Positions 1 through 11,744 of a stretch of 64,000 nt of DNA are shown here, in pieces. The notes beneath the pieces are model-generated. The model searched no databases. It was not told where the DNA came from and saw only the letters and a list, made by a program, of their open reading frames with translations. The stretch comes from Octopus vulgaris (Eukaryota), in NCBI GenBank assembly GCA_951406725.2, contig OX597820.1, forward strand, positions 20,956,001-21,020,000, read 5' to 3'. Made by a program: the position numbers and the translations under genes. Each line of letters opens with the position of its first letter. Positions within the stretch are counted from its first letter, which is position 1.

Positions 1-522
1 CACACACACACACATATATATATACGACGGGCTTCTTTCAGTTTCTGTCTACCAAATCCACTCATAAGGCTTTGGTCGGCCCAAGGCTATAGTAGAAGAC
101 ACTTGCCCAAGGTGCCACGCAATGGGACTGAACCCGGAACCATGCGGTTTATAAGCAAGTTACTTACCACACAGCCACACCTATGCCTATATATATGATT
201 GGCTTCTTGCAGTGTCCATCTACCAAATCTATTCATACAACATTTTGGTCAGCTCGGGGCTATAGTAGAAGAAGCTACACAGTGGGACTGAACCCAAAAC
301 CATGTGGTTGTGAAGCAAACTTCTTAACCACACAGTCATATCTGTAGATAAATATATTTCTAATTTTATGTATTTGTGGGTCACTGAACAGTTGATATTT
401 TTAATTTACTTTTTGTATTACTATTTGTTTAATTTTTGCTGATGTAAGCATTGCCCAAGATAGAAATGGAGAAATGTGTGGGGTTATTTTTATGCTTAAA
501 ATATATTATTACATACATGTAG

Positions 523-960
523 TCATGCTTGAGAAGACCTGTTGAGTCAAGTGAAATCATTGTTGTGGCCAATGCCAGTGCTGCCTGACTGGCTCCTATG
601 CTGTTGGCACATTAAAAGCACCATTTGAGCATGGTTGATACCAGTTTTGCCAGATTGGCTCCTGTGCTGGTAGCACATAAAAAGCATGGTCAAAGCCAGT
701 GCCGGTGGACTGACTCCCGTGCTGGTAGCACATGAAAAGCACCATCCAAGTGTGGTCAATGCCAGTGGCATGTAAAAAGCAACCATTACACTCTCAGAGT
801 GGTGGTTGGCATTAGAAAAGGCATCCAGCTGTAGAAACCTTACCAGAACAGATTGGAACCTGGTGCAGCCTCCTGGCTTGCCAGGCCTCAATCGGGCTGT
901 CCAACCCATGCCAGCATGGAAAGCGGACATTAAATGATGATTATGATGATAATGATGACG
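523..960 (+). mobile_element. RTE-like LINE 3'UTR copy with about four ~57-bp internal tandem units
   Basis: Unit GCCAGTGC..GACTGGCTCCTGTGCTGGTGGCACATAAAAAGCACC, then the GGCATCCAGCTGTAGAAA motif and a (GAT)n tail. A second copy follows at ~1000-1310. Confidence 0.75.
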
Positions 961-1415
961 TAGGCCATAGGTAAATGTTAGAAAAAAAAACATTCAAAAG
1001 CACTGGAGATGGTACCACATAAAATCACTGGTGCCTTTGCCACGGAAAATGTACAGGTGATGATGCCAAATAAAAAGCACTGGCAACGGTTCCATGAAAA
1101 AAACACTGGTGATGGCGCCACATAAAAAGTATCCAGTACGCTCTGTAAAGTGGTTGGCATTAGGAAGGGAATTCAGCTGTAGAAATCAAGTCAAAACAGA
1201 CCAGAAAACCTGGTGTGGACTCTGGTCTTGCCAGTTCCTGTCAAGCTGTCCAACCCATGCCAGCATGGAAAACAGGTGCTAAATGATGATGATGATGATG
1301 ATGATGATGATAATTTATTATAAATAGAAAGTGTCCACCCCTGGTTAAAATAAAATAAAATAAAATGTAAAAAGTCAATAAAAAACGATAAAATAATTCA
1401 ATTAAGTGAACTTAC

Positions 1416-1574
1416 ACTTTTAAGGCAGTTTCTAATTCTTTTAAATCATCTTGCTTCTTTTTTAAATCCTTGGTAATTTTACTTAGAAAATCTTCAAAGT
1501 TTTCTACTACAACGGGATCATCTTCTCTGCGTAACTGAACCCAAAGTTCCTTGATATGCTTGATAGAGCCGTCA
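1416..1574 (-). CDS. CRACR2A: CRACR2A-like gene, coding exon 3 (159 nt, start of coiled coil)
   Basis: Acceptor TCATTTTTATAG, donor GTAAGT. Phase 2 in and out: DGSIKHIKELWVQLRREDDPVVVENFEDFLSKITKDLKKKQDDLKELETALK, resembling CRACR2A [30 protein letters not shown]...ELECALK. The gene continues left of the window. Confidence 0.9.
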
Positions 1575-1745
1575 CTATAAAAATGATAGAAATCAATGAG
1601 AAGAAATTTAGCTTTATAAATATAGAATACAGTAGAACCTCACAGTACAAGTAATTTGCTGTATGAGCTGAGACTTGTGCAAATTTTTGTCTTAAAGTAT
1701 GATTGGAGATCCATAGTATGAGCACACTAATTATCCCATCTTTAA

Positions 1746-1967
1746 CCCTTTAGCATTTAAACGAGCCATATCCGGCCAAAAGTATTCTGTCTGTTTTATT
1801 TTCAAACTAGCCAGATCTGGTCTCTCATACCAACCCTACAATACCATTTAAAAAATTAACAGCTACCTCATCAAAATCTCATAGCTACAAGATAATGCAT
1901 GATTAGTTCAAAACAATGTGGATAAAAATAACATTAATTTTGGCAGAATAATACAAACACTAAAGGG
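1746..1967. mobile_element. piggyBac-like MITE (~220 bp)
   Basis: TTAA|CCCTTTAG...CTAAAGGG|TTAA; lies within an older Tigger-like remnant (~1630-2226). Confidence 0.88.
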
Positions 1968-3239
1968 TTAAGGTAATTCAGTTAATAAAACCAGTTTACA
2001 TATTTCTTTTGCATTCTCTTTTTTATAATTGTCATTTTTCTTGTAACTACACCTTCTCTGTTTCAAAACCCATAAAAAATTATTTTTGAGTGTTTTTTGC
2101 TAGGGTTGGAATGGATTAATTATTTTTTAGTTAATTTCAATGGGGAAAATTGATTTGTAGAATGAGTAAATCGTAAGACAAGCTTGGCCATGGAATAAAT
2201 TAAACTCATCCTGCGAGGTATCACTAATAGATTTATGATTTAGAAGCACAAGTTTTCAAATTTCGTGGATAAATATAGTCATTAAATCAGTACTTGGAAC
2301 AACGGAAGCAATAGTTATACCTAGTAAGAATTGAACTCAGAGACAAAATATCAAATTTTTTATTTTTTACATATTGTGTGTCCTCCTACTCAACCCACAT
2401 CACCATCCTTACAACTCTCCAACTCTCTCCGTCCTATTAATATTTTACCTATTCTCTCATTTTTTACTCTGTCTTTGTTAGTTTTGCCCATCTACCCTCC
2501 TTCAACAATTACCCAGTGTAACTCTAATAAGAACTGACTTGGACCCTGATGAACCATCCAACCAATGCAGACACGGCATGCAAACTGACCCTTCTTATCA
2601 ATCGGTCCAACTACTCAAATGAGACCATCACTGCGCTACCACTTTGCCCAGCTCTTCCACCCACCTCCACACATACAAACATACACACACAGGGGTGTTT
2701 CTTTAAGCCAATCCAGAGGCCTTCAGACAAGTAAATCTCCAGGCAAGTCTGACTTGCCTGGAGAAACACCAGTGTTTCATGGGAACTCCAGAATAACAGG
2801 TCACTGGATCAGCTTAAATAAACTATTGCACTCTAGGTTTGTATTGACTAACACTTTCTCTAGATTATTACAAAACAACGAGTATATATATATATATATA
2901 TATAATATGAGATAGGGGTTGTAAATTCAACCCTCCATGGGATAACATATATCCAATATACTGCTAGAGAAGTACCCAACAAAGCTAATACATAAATGTT
3001 AAAAATTGCGATGCAATTATTTCATCTACTGTATTATGTGGGCAAAGGTAAAATTATTACCGTAAATTAATAATACAAAATGAGAAAATGGAGAAATATA
3101 TCTAAATCAATCATCAACCATCAGATAATACCCAATCAATACTTTATTAAACCATTATACAATAGCAATGATATTATACATCAATATAGTACAAATATAA
3201 CAAGACATAGAAATAGAAATAGAAAATACATTTACATAG

Positions 3240-3352
3240 TAGCTGACAGCTGTTTCGGCCGTGAAGACAGGTATGTCCCATTTAACCAATTAGCCATATA
3301 AAGCAGGTATAAATGAGACATTAACAAGAATGTCTCACGGCCTCTTCAGAGA
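3240..3352 (-). ncRNA. Type I minimal hammerhead ribozyme motif (Penelope-type), core intact
   Basis: CUGAAGA-GGCCGUGAGACA...UGUCUUCACGGCC-GAAA-CAGCUG-UC: long stem II, palindromic stem III, GUC triplet. Stem I is weak (about 2 bp). Confidence 0.6.
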
Positions 3353-5101
3353 ATTTAATGCAAGTATGAAAAAAAATTTACATATAAATATAAATATGTG
3401 TGCATACACACTCATATTCCTACATATATATATATACACAATAATACAATATAAACAATATAGATCAATATACATTAACAAACACAATAATGTTCCATAT
3501 TGAACTCCACAGTTCTATAACCAACATCAAGGAACTACAACATGTACACTCACATTTAAAGCAGGCATATATATTGAACAGTCCAATCTATTAAAATGTG
3601 TCATTACACAAAAAGTCAATAAAATTAATATTAATATTAATAATAATAATAACAACCACGATTGTACCATCCAAAGCAAGCGGACATCCACATATATACT
3701 CAATCAGTCGAATTCCTCTGCCCGCATGGTATTGATTTTCATAGATAGATTCGATTGGCTTATAGTTTTAAATTTGAATTACAATGGAAATTTTATGGTT
3801 AGTTAGCTAGGAAACATACACACGCGCATGCACATCCACAAATCGTGCGCACATACATACATAGTTATATGTATACACACACACACACCCACACACATAC
3901 ACACAGACATACCCACATACACAACCAAATCATAAATAAATAAATAAATAATATAAGAGGTAGTATCGCAACTATACACATGCAAAACAGAGAGGAACTC
4001 AACCGATTGCACATACATGCATGCAGACATCCAGCCACCCCAGACGACACCATGGCCGTGGTATTAACTAAGTATTTACAAATAGATCCACTCACATATG
4101 TATATAAATTAGTAAATACAAACATACATATAATTATATCCAGATAGAGAGTGTAATTTGTCATAAGGTACACAATTCATATGACACCGTATTTTTCGTA
4201 AACATAATATTTTATAACTAACAATGTCCGTAACTTTACCGCTATGTTTTATTCAAACATTCGCTAAATTATAAAGTATAGAATACCCGTTTCTGTTTGT
4301 CTATCAAAAGACATAAAAATATATATATACTAAGTTAACATCGGTTTATAATAATTAAATTATAAGAAATTAATTGTAAAAAGTCAAAATATGCTAATAT
4401 TCTAAGATATATAATCAAAATAACTCCTTATAGCTTATACAGATAGCATCCCTACGTAAGAAATCTAGTATTATTATAATACTAATATTTTCCTATTTAA
4501 ACCCTCACCAACGAACTAATAGAATTACACTCACATCTACATGTCCATATGTATACTCATGTGTAACAACAAACATACACATACACACCATATATTTTCA
4601 CATATGATGTGCGTGTAAACATTCGTAGTACTTATATATATATATGTATTTATGTGTCCACTGATACTTAAAAATACCAGCCACCCGTCTCCATGCCACT
4701 GATATTATCCAAGGGAAAGGCAAAGGCTGATACAGCTTGGCACTGGTGATATCACAACTAATCTCTCTCTCAACACATGCACCCATACAGATACATATAC
4801 ACACATACAAACACTTATACAGATATACAATGTACTGTTCACTTACTGATAAGATCAGCAAAAATGCATGCGGTTCAATGAGAGATAGATAACATTTAAT
4901 GAATACAGGAGTTATACATGAGCGACTTCAAGTTTTATGCTTGGATACTGCTGTAATCAAATGGGCTTACATAACACAACAAGCATGACCTGGCAAAACT
5001 TGAATGATTTCTAGACCATTGAGGGTATATTATACAAGTCTGTCTAGTTATTGCAGTATCCAAGCATGAAACTTGAAATAGCTCATGTGTAACCCTAGAT
5101 T

Positions 5102-5137
<36 letters not shown>

Positions 5138-5178
5138 ACATGCATGTGCGCATATATGATAGGCATTTTCCAGTTTCC

Positions 5179-5412
5179 TTATTTCTTTATTGCCCACAAG
5201 GGGCTAAACATAGAGGGGACAAACAAGGACAGACAAAGGGATTAAGTCGATTACATCAACCCCAGTGCATAACTGGTACTTAATTTATCGACCCCGAAAG
5301 GATGAAAGGCAAAGTCGACCTCGGCGGAATTTGAACTCAGAACGTAACGGCAGACGAATACCGCTAAGCATTTTGCCCGGCATGCTAACGTTTCTGCCAG
5401 CTCGCTGCCCTC
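5179..5412 (-). mobile_element. SINE family B (tRNA-like head, GGTCGAC..GCCTTTCATCCTTTCGGGGTCGATAAA core resembling the Meta/Deu-type central domain) nested in a family A copy
   Basis: Flanked by an 11-bp TSD, TTCCAGTTTCC (5168-5178 and 5413-5423). Other monomers at ~18900-19116(-), 21812-22022(-), 32557-32770(+), 42772-42945(-), 50025-50235(+), 52092-52320(-), 60175-60335(+). Confidence 0.88.
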
Positions 5413-5622
5413 TTCCAGTTTCCATCTACCAAATTTCACTCACAAGGCATTGGTCAACACACAGCTATAGCAGAAGACACCAGCCACGACAGTGTCCACA
5501 CAGAGAGGCTGCATCCTAAACAACACGGTTCCAAACCGAACTTCTTTACAGCATGGTCAGGCCCGCACATGTTAGAGTACCATGTACAGAAGAAAAATCA
5601 AATCAAGAAGATTGAATCTTAC

Positions 5623-5755
5623 TCATGAATAACATCTTTAGCACCGATTGTAGTAAGCATGTCAGTAAAAGCCTGATCTTCTATTTCTTCATTTTCCTCC
5701 CCATAAACAAGTTCCTCTTGATGTGGTGGTACTGCTGGTATTCCAATGAAACGAT
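5623..5755 (-). CDS. CRACR2A: CRACR2A-like gene, coding exon 2 (133 nt)
   Basis: Acceptor TTCTTCTTTCAACAG, donor GTAAGA. Phase 1 in, phase 2 out, in frame with the previous exon: (H)RFIGIPAVPPHQEELVYGEENEEIEDQAFTDMLTTIGAKDVIH(D), resembling CRACR2A EDEEAQFRMLMDRLGAQKVLED. Not in the ORF track. Confidence 0.88.
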
Positions 5756-5887
5756 CTGTTGAAAGAAGAAACAAGAGAAATTAATTGTTGTCATACTGTA
5801 GGTCACACATATGAAATATCATATGAGTAATGCATTTTACCAGTATATGATTTCTCTTACTAAACACAAAATCATATACTGATCATG

Positions 5888-6382
5888 CATGCGTATGTAT
5901 GTATGTATGTATGTATGTATGTATGTATGTATGTATGTATGTATGTTGTATGATGTATGTATGTATGTATGTATGTATGATGTATGTATGTATGTATGAT
6001 GTATGTATGTATGTATGTATGATGTATGTATGTATGTATGTATGATGTATGTATGTATGATGTATGTATGTATGTATGATGTATGTGTGTATGTATGTAT
6101 GATGTACGATGTATGTGTGTATGTGTGTATGTATGTATGTATGATGTATGTATGTATGTATGATGTATGTATGTATGATGTATGATGTATGTATGTATGT
6201 GTGTATGTATGATGTATGTATGTATGATGTATGTATGTATGATGTATGTATGTATGATGTATGTATGTATGATGTATGTGTGTATGTATGTATGATGTAT
6301 GATGTATGTGTGTATGTATGTATGTATGTATGATGTATGTATGTATGATGGATGTATGTGTGTATGTATGTATGTATGTATG
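5888..6382. repeat. (TATG)n/(TATGATG) microsatellite
   Basis: Directly visible, ~130 bp from the exon 2 acceptor. Confidence 0.95.
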
Positions 6383-6700
6383 TCATCATCATCATTGTTT
6401 AACGTCCACTTTCCATGCTAGCATGGGTTGGACAGTTCGACCGGGGTCTGGGAAGCCAGGAGGCTGCACCAGGCTCCAGTCTGATCTGGCAGTGTTTCTA
6501 CAGCCGGATGCCCTTCCTAATACCAACCACTCCGTGAGTGTAGTGGGTGCTTTTTATGTGCCACCGGCACAGGTGCCAGGCGAGGCTGGCAACGGCCATG
6601 ATTGGTTGGTGCTTTTTACGTGCCACTGGCACGGAGGCCAGTCGAGGCGGCGCTGGCAACAGCCACGTTCGGATAGTCCTTTTACGGGCCACTGGCACTG
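6383..6700 (-). mobile_element. RTE-like LINE 3'UTR copy
   Basis: Reverse-complement copy of the same family with (CAT)n at the left end. Further copies at ~9330-9525(+), 10800-11120(+), 20400-20515(-), 22020-22250(-), 34035-34190(+), 40355-40620(-), 47520-47755(-). Confidence 0.75.
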
Positions 6701-6728
6701 GTATATGTATGTATGTATGTATGTATGT

Positions 6729-7062
6729 GAAGGTGCATGGCTCAGTGGTTAGAGCATGAAGCTTACAATCATGAGGTTGTGAGCTCGAATCCCGGACCGG
6801 GCTGTGTGTTGTGTTCTTGAGCAAGACACTTTATTTCACATTGCTCCAGTTCACTCAGCTGTAGAAATGAGTTGCAATGTCACAGGTGCCAAGCTATATC
6901 GGCCTTTGCTTTTCCCTTGGATAACATGGGTGGCATGGAGTGGGGAGGCCGGTATGCATGGGTGACTGCTGGTCTTTCATAAACAGCCTTGCCCGGACTC
7001 GTGCCTGGGAGGGTAACTTTCTAGGTGCAATCCCATGGTCAGTCATGACCAAAGGGGGTCTC
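6729..7062 (+). mobile_element. SINE family D (tRNA head TGGCTCAGTGGTTAGAGC...TCGAATCCC, GTGTTCTTGAGCAAGACACTT core)
   Basis: Similar copies at 22413-22749(+) and ~19393-19698(-); partials at ~4680-4760, 37935-38070, 60030-60175. Confidence 0.85.
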
Positions 7063-7498
7063 AGCAATGCATTTTATATTTCCCTTCCAGCCATGAAGTG
7101 ATCAAGACAACTGAAACCTCGCACTTGCAGTAGTATTCTTCAATATCTGATATGAAACAAAAAACAAACAAACAGAAGGCAATCCAAATGAAAATCTTCT
7201 TTAGTCTTTACTCTGTGACTTTATTTGAGTTAAAAGCATCAGTGGAGTAGTATGAACAAACTCGTGACTAACAGAGAAATAGGGCACAAGCAAATTATAA
7301 TGAAAACCCAATGTTCCGTGAAATGAGTGCAAACAGACACATTCACACACACACATACGCGTGTAGATAGAAGGATGGATGGATGGATAGATTGACAGAC
7401 AGACAGACAACTAGATAAATAGATAATTTGAAAAGCAGTAGATAATATAGGTTTGGTAACACAAACAAGAAAACAGAAGTCAAAACATGAGCATATAC

Positions 7499-7530
<32 letters not shown>

Positions 7531-7531
7531 T

Positions 7532-7926
7532 GGTGTAGGAGTGGCTGTGTGGCAAGTAGCTTGCTTACCAACCACATGGTTCCGGGTTCAATTCCACTGC
7601 ATGGCACCTTGGGCAAGTGTCTTCTACAATAGCCTCTGGGCCAACCAAAGCCTTGTCAGTGGATTTAGTAGACGGAAACTGAAAGAAGTCCACCGTATAT
7701 ATGTATATGTGTGTATGTGTGTGTATATGTTTGACCCCCCAACATCGCTTGACAACCGATGCTGGTGTGTTTATGTCCCCGTAACTTAGCGGTTCGGTAA
7801 AAGAGACCGATAGAATAAGTACTAGGCTTACAAAGAATAAGTCCTGGGGTCGATTTGCTCAACTAAAGGCAGTGCTCCAGCATGGCCACAGTCAAATGAC
7901 TGAAACCAGTAAAAGAGTAAAAGAGT
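7532..7926 (+). mobile_element. SINE family A (tRNA-derived head, CORE-like CCTTGGGCAAGT segment, internal TA/TG microsatellite), full-length
   Basis: A box TGGCTGTGTGG, B box GGTTCAATTCC, tail GGCAGTGCTCCAGCATGGCCACAGTCAAATGACTGAAAC-(AGTAAAAG)n. The most abundant repeat in the window, with more than 20 full or partial copies. Confidence 0.9.
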
Positions 7927-8019
7927 ATATAGTGAGAATTTACAAAAAAACAAAAGATGAAGACAGGTGTGTAAGCAACAAACAAATTTATTAGTTTAAC
8001 ACTCAGGAAGTGAGAAAGT

Positions 8020-8056
8020 CTTTTACGTTTCGAGCCTACACTCTTCGGCAGAAAGG
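8020..8056 (-). ncRNA. Degenerate minimal hammerhead motif
   Basis: CUUU-CUGCCGA-A-GAGU-GUAG-GCUC-GAAA-CG-UA-AAAG; the conserved core A is replaced by C. Confidence 0.4.
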
Positions 8057-8304
8057 AATATAGAGATAAACAGGGAGAGAAAATAGGAAAAGGTTTAGTA
8101 GCTAGCGATCTATCATGGTGAATGCTGGACAGAGGGGTTTCACAAGTGTGAAACTGAGACTGTTTAGATTGTCAAGTGATGTTCCGAGTGATGCAGAGTG
8201 ATCACTCAGAACTGAAGATCAATCACTCAGAACTGAAGATCAATCAGCCATCCAACTGAAGATCAATCACTTGGAACTGAAGATCAATCAGCCATCCAAC
8301 TCAA

Positions 8305-8990
8305 AAATAACTGATGTAGACTATACTGATGATTTAACCTTGCTCTCTGGCACAATATCAAACTCCATCCAATTACTTCATAGACTAGAATTAGCTGGAC
8401 AACCTAAAAACCAAACTCAATAAGGATCCATCACCAGCATCAGCCGAGACCACATCAATCAAGATGATTATTTCACAGACCTTGACTCTGAGATATTCTT
8501 AACTGAAAAGGACATAAAAACTTGGATAGCCAAAGCATGATCAGCTCTAAATAAACTGGATGTTATCTGGAAATCAACCGTGTCAGACAGAATTAAGAGG
8601 AATTTTTTCCATGCAACTGTAGAGTCAGTTCTTTTGATATGGAGCAACAGCCTGGACACTTACCAAAACACTGGAACCCAAACTAGATGGAACTTACACC
8701 CAAATGTTAAGAGCAGTCTTAAACAAATCTTGTAGAACTCATCCCACCAAGAAACAGCTGTATGGAGATTTCTTGCCTGTTTCCACTATTATAAGGGAAA
8801 AGTGCTTGCACATTGTGGGACATTGCTGGTGAGCTAAACAAGAGCTGGCAAGTAAGTGACCCACTGCTTTGGATATGAAAGCATGGCTTTACTAGAGCAG
8901 GTCATTCAAACACAGCAGATGTAGACCAACACAACAGAGATACTAGGTGCTTACCTAAAGATCTCCCTCAACTGACACAGGACCATGATG
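8305..8990 (+). mobile_element. Decayed RTE-clade LINE fragment (RT C-terminal half)
   Basis: Frameshifted pieces ITDVDYTDDLTLLS, ALNKLDVIWKS...KRNFFHATVESVLL, KLDGTYTQMLRAVLN...HPTKKQLYG...GHCW, with internal stops. Confidence 0.8.
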
Positions 8991-9669
8991 GTCCTGGTTA
9001 AAAATGCACAGATTTAAAATGTCTGAGCTTAGTGGCATTTAACCTGTCTTTATGTTCTGAGTTCAGATTCTGCAGATGTCACCTTTATCTTTCATTTTTT
9101 TGAGGTGGATAAAATAATACCAGTCAAATACTGGGGCTGGTATAATCAACAAGAACACTCTGCTAAAAATTTCAGTCCTTGTGCCTGAAACAGATTATCT
9201 TCATATGTATGTTTTATGTTTATATGGTTGAATGACTGCATAACGCTCGAATGTTTGCTCTCTAAGACTGAATATCCTTCTTAATCTCAATCATTTTACT
9301 GAGCAAGCTTTGTCATGCATTTTTGCATGATGACCTCACAAGTGCTGGTGCCATGAAAAAACACACCCACTACACTCTGTAAATTGGTTGGCATTAGGAA
9401 GGGCATCCAACAGTAGAAACCACACCAAGGTAGACACTGGACCATGATAGAATCCTCAGACTGTACCATGTAGCATTTTGGATTCCGTCAAACCATTTAA
9501 CCCATGTCTGCATGAATGGACATTAACCTTTAGCACACTACATTTTCTCTAGAATTCTTTCCACTGTCACTGCTCAGTTTCTACAGGGGAGAAAACTCAT
9601 ATGGTGACACGATACACCAACAGTGTGCTAAAGATATGATGATGATGATGATGATGGACCCCGAGAGAT

Positions 9670-10340
9670 AGTATTTTTAAGATGTGTTTCTAGGTTACTG
9701 CAGAAGTAGCTTATCATTTTGGAAGTAATAGCGCCTGTAGTTCTTTTATCTATTCCTTTCATTGCGTAGGTGATCTATAGGTGTGGCCTAAGTGCAACGT
9801 GTCGAGATATGAAGTGTGCTGTTTTTGTATTCTTTGTAGTTTATTTTGATTTATTGCAAACAAGTCAATAATGGGCCAGGTAAAGCTCATACAATTTATC
9901 ATGAATTTAATGCACTGTGTTCATGCCATTGTTGTCTCTGATAGCTGCCAAAAATGTGGTATCTATGCATGCTCTAAGAATGTTTGTGTGTCATTTGCTT
10001 TTTTTTCTTTGACCTTATATACATGCTGCAAATATTGCAGAGGTGTGCCATGTAACTTAACACCTACTTAAATTTTTGTCTTCTGTGTTTATGATGTGTT
10101 TATGTTGTTGAATGTTATGACTGGTTGTATTTGATGTCTTCTGGTGTTAATAGTAAGAAAGAAAATATTGGGTTTAGTAGGAATTACTTCAAGTTTGTTG
10201 TTGTTCTGTAGCCATATTTCTAGAAAATTAAAGTTGGGTTGGAGACATCAGTCTGCAGTTATTTAGGTTTTCTATGTCCCATTTTATTTTTTTAATCTCT
10301 GGTAAAAGAAAGGGGTTAGGTAGATGCCACATCTCTTGAA
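9670..10340 (-). mobile_element. Heavily decayed non-LTR retrotransposon fragment (post-RT region)
   Basis: Scattered minus-strand peptides such as QPVITFNNIN and INQNKLQRIQ resemble L2/I/Jockey-group C-terminal RT sequence; many stops. Confidence 0.4.
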
Positions 10341-11121
10341 TTCTGTATTCCTTTAGCACATTACATTTTCTCTTGATTTGTTTCCACTTTGACTGCCCTG
10401 TTTCTACAGGGAAGAAAACTCATATGGTGACATGATACACCTACAGTGTGCTAAAGATATGATGATGATGATGAACCCTGAGAGTGATCTTGAAAAAGTA
10501 TTTGACTACATGATTTACAACTAGAACAGGAGATTACTTGAAGTTGTTATTGTGATATGTTGTGTGGTCATTAATAGATTTATTAATCTAAGGCAGCAAA
10601 ATGGTAAAACCATTAGCATGCTGGACAAAATGCTTAGTGGAATTTTGTCTATCTTTACATTCTGAGTTCAAATGGCACTGAGGTTGGCTTTGCCTTTCAT
10701 CCCTTTTAGGATGAGTGCTGAGGTCAATGTAATCGACTAACCCACTCCTCCAAAATTTCAGGCCTTGTTTCTGTAGTACAAAGGATTATTATTATTATTC
10801 TTACTGGCACTTGTGCCGGTGGCATGTGAAACAACATTCAAGCAAGGTTGTTGCCAGTGCCGCTGGACTGGCTCTTGTGCAGGTGGCACGTAAAAAACAC
10901 CATTTGAGCAGGACTGTTGCCAGTACCGCCTGACTGGCCCTCTTGCTGATGGCACATAAAAGCACCCACTACACACTTTGAGTGGTTGGTGTTAGGAAGG
11001 GCATCCAGCTTTATAAAATCTCAACCAGATCAGATCGGAGTCTGGTGCAGCCATCTGGTTCGCCAGTACTCAGTCAGATCGTCCAACCCATGCTAGCATG
11101 GAAAGCGGACGTTAAACAATG

Positions 11122-11164
<43 letters not shown>

Positions 11165-11168
<4 letters not shown>

Positions 11169-11533
11169 TTTTGCCTTAGCGAAGGCAAAGATATTGTTTC
11201 CAGTGGTGTTTGTTTGTTTGTTTTGTCTATGGACAAGATATCTCAAGAACTGCTGGATGAATTTGGATGAAACTTTCAGGGATGTTTGGCTTCATGACTG
11301 GCATGAACTGATTAGATTTTGGAGTCAATCTGGTACCAGACAAGGATTCTGGATTATTCTTTCTGTTTTTTACTTAATTTTTTAGAGTGGTCAGGTTCAT
11401 GTTTAGTATTCTCGTTTGTGAGAGCAGTCAAGTTTATTTCAGATATTCTCATTTTAAAAATCATCTCTGGCTAATCATTGAGGGGACATTGGTGGTGTCG
11501 CGGCGGAGGTTTGTGCTTTCTGAGTGCTCTTGT
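11165..11533 (+). mobile_element. Helentron-associated (HINE/DINE-1-like) element
   Basis: 5' hairpin TTTGCCTTAGCGAAGGCAAA, (GTTT)n, GGATGAATTTGGATGAAACTTT core, 3' GGCGGAGGTTTGTGCTTTCTGAGTGCTCTTGTT, T-rich flanks. Confidence 0.7.
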
Positions 11534-11744
11534 TATTATTGTAATTTAAGATGCAAGATGGCAGGATCATTACCATGACAAACATATACTTAGTGATGTT
11601 TTGTCTTTATGTTTTGAGTTCAAATATCAATAAGGTCAACTTTTGGGGTTCAATGAAGTAAGTATCAGTTAAGTACTGGGCTCAATGTAATTGACTAACT
11701 GCCCCACCACTCTCCCAAAATTTCAGGACTTAGGCCAACCTAAG

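Noticed and set aside
5883-6752. ORFs over the (TATG)n tract, and similar ORFs at 16834-17442 and 56914-57402
   Set aside because: Simple-repeat artefacts.
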